Source of the DNA: Mobula hypostoma
Lineage: Eukaryota
Direction: 5' to 3'
Length of the DNA stretch: 64,000 bases
NCBI RefSeq assembly: GCF_963921235.1
Contig: NC_086118.1
Coordinates: forward strand, 15,192,001-15,256,000
The notes beneath the pieces were generated by a model. It saw nothing but the letters and a program-made list of their open reading frames with translations. It searched no databases and was not told the origin of the DNA. Positions 61,270 through 64,000 of this stretch are shown here, in pieces. Every line of letters begins with the position of its first letter. Position 1 is the first letter of the stretch. Both the position numbers and the translations under genes were made by a program.

Positions 61270-61437
61270 TAGTGAAAAATAGAAAAACTCTGCATTAAGC
61301 GAAAACTGAAGATTTCAATTGCGTATTGAAAGAGTGGATTCATCAGTGTCAGAGTGAACATGTGTTGCTCAACGGTATGCTGATCACGAAACAAGCAAAC
61401 ATCTATCATGATCAATCGAAAATTGAAGGTAATTGTT
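61270..61437 (+). mobile_element. Tigger/Jerky-like CENP-B HTH fragment
   Basis: EDFNCVLKEWIHQCQSEHVLLNGMLITKQANIYH resembles HTH_Tnp_Tc5. Confidence 0.6.
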
Positions 61438-61698
61438 TCATGCATAAAATTATTTAAAATATCAAATAAAACTTCTTCCCCCTGTCATAGTTGTTGTGGA
61501 ATGGGTGGCTGTTTGAAATCGATGATGGTTATGAAGCCAATCACAGCGACAGAACACAGTAATAGAACCCAGTTATGATGCTCCTGTCATGGGAATGGAA
61601 TCTACCTGCACCGTCTAAAGCACAGCAAGTTCAAAACTGTATATTTTACACATCAGCTTTAGTTAAATTTTCAGAATTACAGAATTCTGCATTAAATA

Positions 61699-62496
61699 TA
61701 GTAGATTCTGGTTAACTGGACACATTGAGACCAGTACATTTTGGCCTAATTAGATAGCTGCCCCAATTAGCCAAAGTTTCATGGAAATAGTTTAAAAAAT
61801 AAGAGAGGCAAACTACTGTTTAACTGAATAACAAGTTATGTGTTTAAATAAAATACAGAACAAATTAGAACACTGCTGATACTACTACAATAAAATAAAA
61901 TTGTGTATTAGTTCTTAATAGTTATCAACAGAGGATTTCATCCAGTGTACACTGTAGTGTTCCTTTGATTGCAAACGAACAAAATCAGTGCTGAGCTTCG
62001 TGCAGAAAATGTACTGCCTTCATACAATGCTTTTAATGATTGCATCCTCCAAATCTTCATTTTCATTGTAACATTCGAGATGGTTGTCAATACCTTCAAA
62101 TTCTTCTTAGTTCCTAGCTTACTGAAGTCATGAAATCATTTCATTTTCACTGCCGGCCATTTCTGGCATCTCCAAGTCTGAATGCTTGAAAGCACAGTGA
62201 GCAAAACTGTTCTGAATTGTCTTACTGCTTATTTCTCGCTATCAGTAACAAAAATAATGCTTTTTTGAACACAATCACATGCACCCAATGTTTGTTATTT
62301 TAATGTTTGCTCTAAGCACAGTGTAGTGTCTAACAGACTGATACTAGTTGGAAATGGTTCAGTAACAATCTCCTGTCCCAATTAAGTGGCACAGTGTCTC
62401 AAATAAACGGAGGGCATCCCAATTTGTTTTTGTTCTTTCAAAGTTGTCCCAAATAAGCGGCTACCCTAATTAAGAGATGGCCTAATTAATCCACTG
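61699..62496 (-). mobile_element. Non-autonomous pogo/Tigger-like element (second copy)
   Basis: Colinear with 7629-8446, TA-flanked, ends aatccactg-ta. Confidence 0.8.
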
Positions 62497-62866
62497 TATT
62501 CGCTGAAAGAGAGTCACACTAAAACAAGGTTAAGATGTTAAAAATGCTCAATTATTACAGGAAAGTTCAGTCTGTCTATTGTAAGCATTATTTAGTGGGA
62601 CAACCAGAGTCAGTAATATCCCTCCAACTCCAAGCCCAACCCCAGCAGTAATATCAAACTTCCTCTTCTCACATATCAAACTGTATTTCTGTTGCGTTCC
62701 CTTCCAGATCTCTGATGATACTGTTTGTCTTTAGGAGCATTTTCATGTATCCCACCTGCAGGACAAATGGAAGAGTCCACCCATTCCCCTCAATCTCACC
62801 GCTTCTACCGTCTTCCATTTTTGCTGTTTTACCAGATCACTATCCTGCTACTCTCCCTCAGCTGGA

Positions 62867-62914
62867 GTGGGTGGGTGGGTGGGTGGGTGGGTGTGGGTGT
62901 GTGTGTCTGTGTGT

Positions 62915-62957
<43 letters not shown>

Positions 62958-62986
62958 TGAGTGAGAGAGAGAGAGAGAGAGAGAGA
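62867..62986. repeat. Compound microsatellite (GGGT)n-(GT)n-(GA)n
   Basis: Directly visible. Confidence 0.97.
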
Positions 62987-63484
62987 TCTCCTCAGTGTTG
63001 CAGCTCTCAACAAGAAAACAGAGTCAAAGCTAACAACAGAATGTCCAACAGAACCATGTATCAAAGGTATACCTTTCAGTACACTTATTTCTCAAGAATC
63101 ACCGCTACTTAATCTACATTTAACAGACTCTGTATTTTCAGCATTTTCTGTTTATGGAAAAATAATGATGATGAGATTCACTTAATCAAGTACTTTCATC
63201 TCAGAGGTTACATCCAAATCATGAACTACTTAAGTGACATTGAAATTAAATGCAAGTCACATTATTGAATTACACATTAACTAATTTATATTTGTGAATA
63301 AAGGTTACAATGATAAACATTTGCATTATAAATTCAGCTCTACAGAGGTACACAACTCTCTTCAGAGACATCAAGTACTCCTATTAGCAGAATGAATGCT
63401 TTATTTATATGAAAGAAAGTAACACTACCCATCAGCTACTTAACTGCTGTATGTAATCATGTTTGACTTGAATAAGATACATGT

Positions 63485-63895
63485 ATGTGGTTGGATTGAG
63501 TTGTTCTCCGATCTTGGCAATTTACTTGCAAACATTTTGTCACCATGCAAGGACACATTGTCAGTACGCTGTTGACTGTGGCTTGGCTGTTACATACTTT
63601 TCTGTAGACAAACATGTGGACCTCAATTCCATTTATGAGCCATTGCGGGCAAAATGCCTGATCAGAACGCACAAAGTCTGTCACACAGCCGATCAGCGAG
63701 GAGATTTCCTCCCCACGTCACAACTGAGTTTCCAAATCAGCTGACTGAAAAGTATATAAAGTCTGGGCGTTTGGAGGACACGCCACAATGATCAATGAAC
63801 TCCTTGCATGGTGCCAAAACGTTTGCCAGGCTCGGAGAATAGCTCAGCCCAGCCCAACCATCATCCAGCTGAGCTACACATCTTCTGAATTATTT
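63485..63895 (+). mobile_element. Second Penelope-like family: 3' end with inverted partial terminal repeat
   Basis: 63488-63553 is an inverted copy of 63801-63860. SVDKHVDLNSIYEPL resembles a PLE ORF C-terminus, and a decayed hammerhead-like motif is present. Confidence 0.6.
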
Positions 63896-64000
63896 CCAGG
63901 TTGCACTCTCTCGGACATATACTTTTTCAAACTCCACAGAAGTTGAGTAGAGGAAACACTAAACAGGGAAAACTCAGACACAAGTCATTACAAAGTTTTT

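Noticed and set aside
62715..63185. ORFs with CV/HT/RE repeats
   Set aside because: These are translations of the microsatellite.
1..64000. Host protein-coding gene or prokaryotic-type system (operon, CRISPR, defence locus)
   Set aside because: All recognisable ORFs are transposon fragments. There is no regularly spaced repeat-spacer array and no convincing coding exon chain.

Overview
Eukaryotic, repeat-dominated intronic or intergenic DNA with no supportable host protein-coding exon. The repeat inventory (HE1/V-type SINEs, CR1, Rex1/Babar, Tx1, abundant Penelope-like elements) suggests a cartilaginous fish, probably a ray; this is inference. Much of the window resolves into often nested transposons: CR1, Rex1/Babar, Tx1 and HERO non-LTR fragments, Penelope-like elements (PLEs), a degenerate full-length Gypsy, a solo LTR, a near full-length Tc1, Tigger/pogo and mariner MITEs, a Chapaev3 derivative and a hAT-Tip100 derivative. 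The most notable signal is at the RNA level. PLE terminal repeats carry a minimal type I hammerhead ribozyme motif (agtc-CTGANGA-stem II-GAAAC-GTC-gact) in about ten intact or decayed copies. Some of these sit in 140-230 bp units bounded by their own 9-11 bp target-site duplications (TSDs), including a head-to-head palindrome. Family names come from recognition by eye, not database searches. Boundaries without a stated TSD or terminal inverted repeat (TIR) are approximate.
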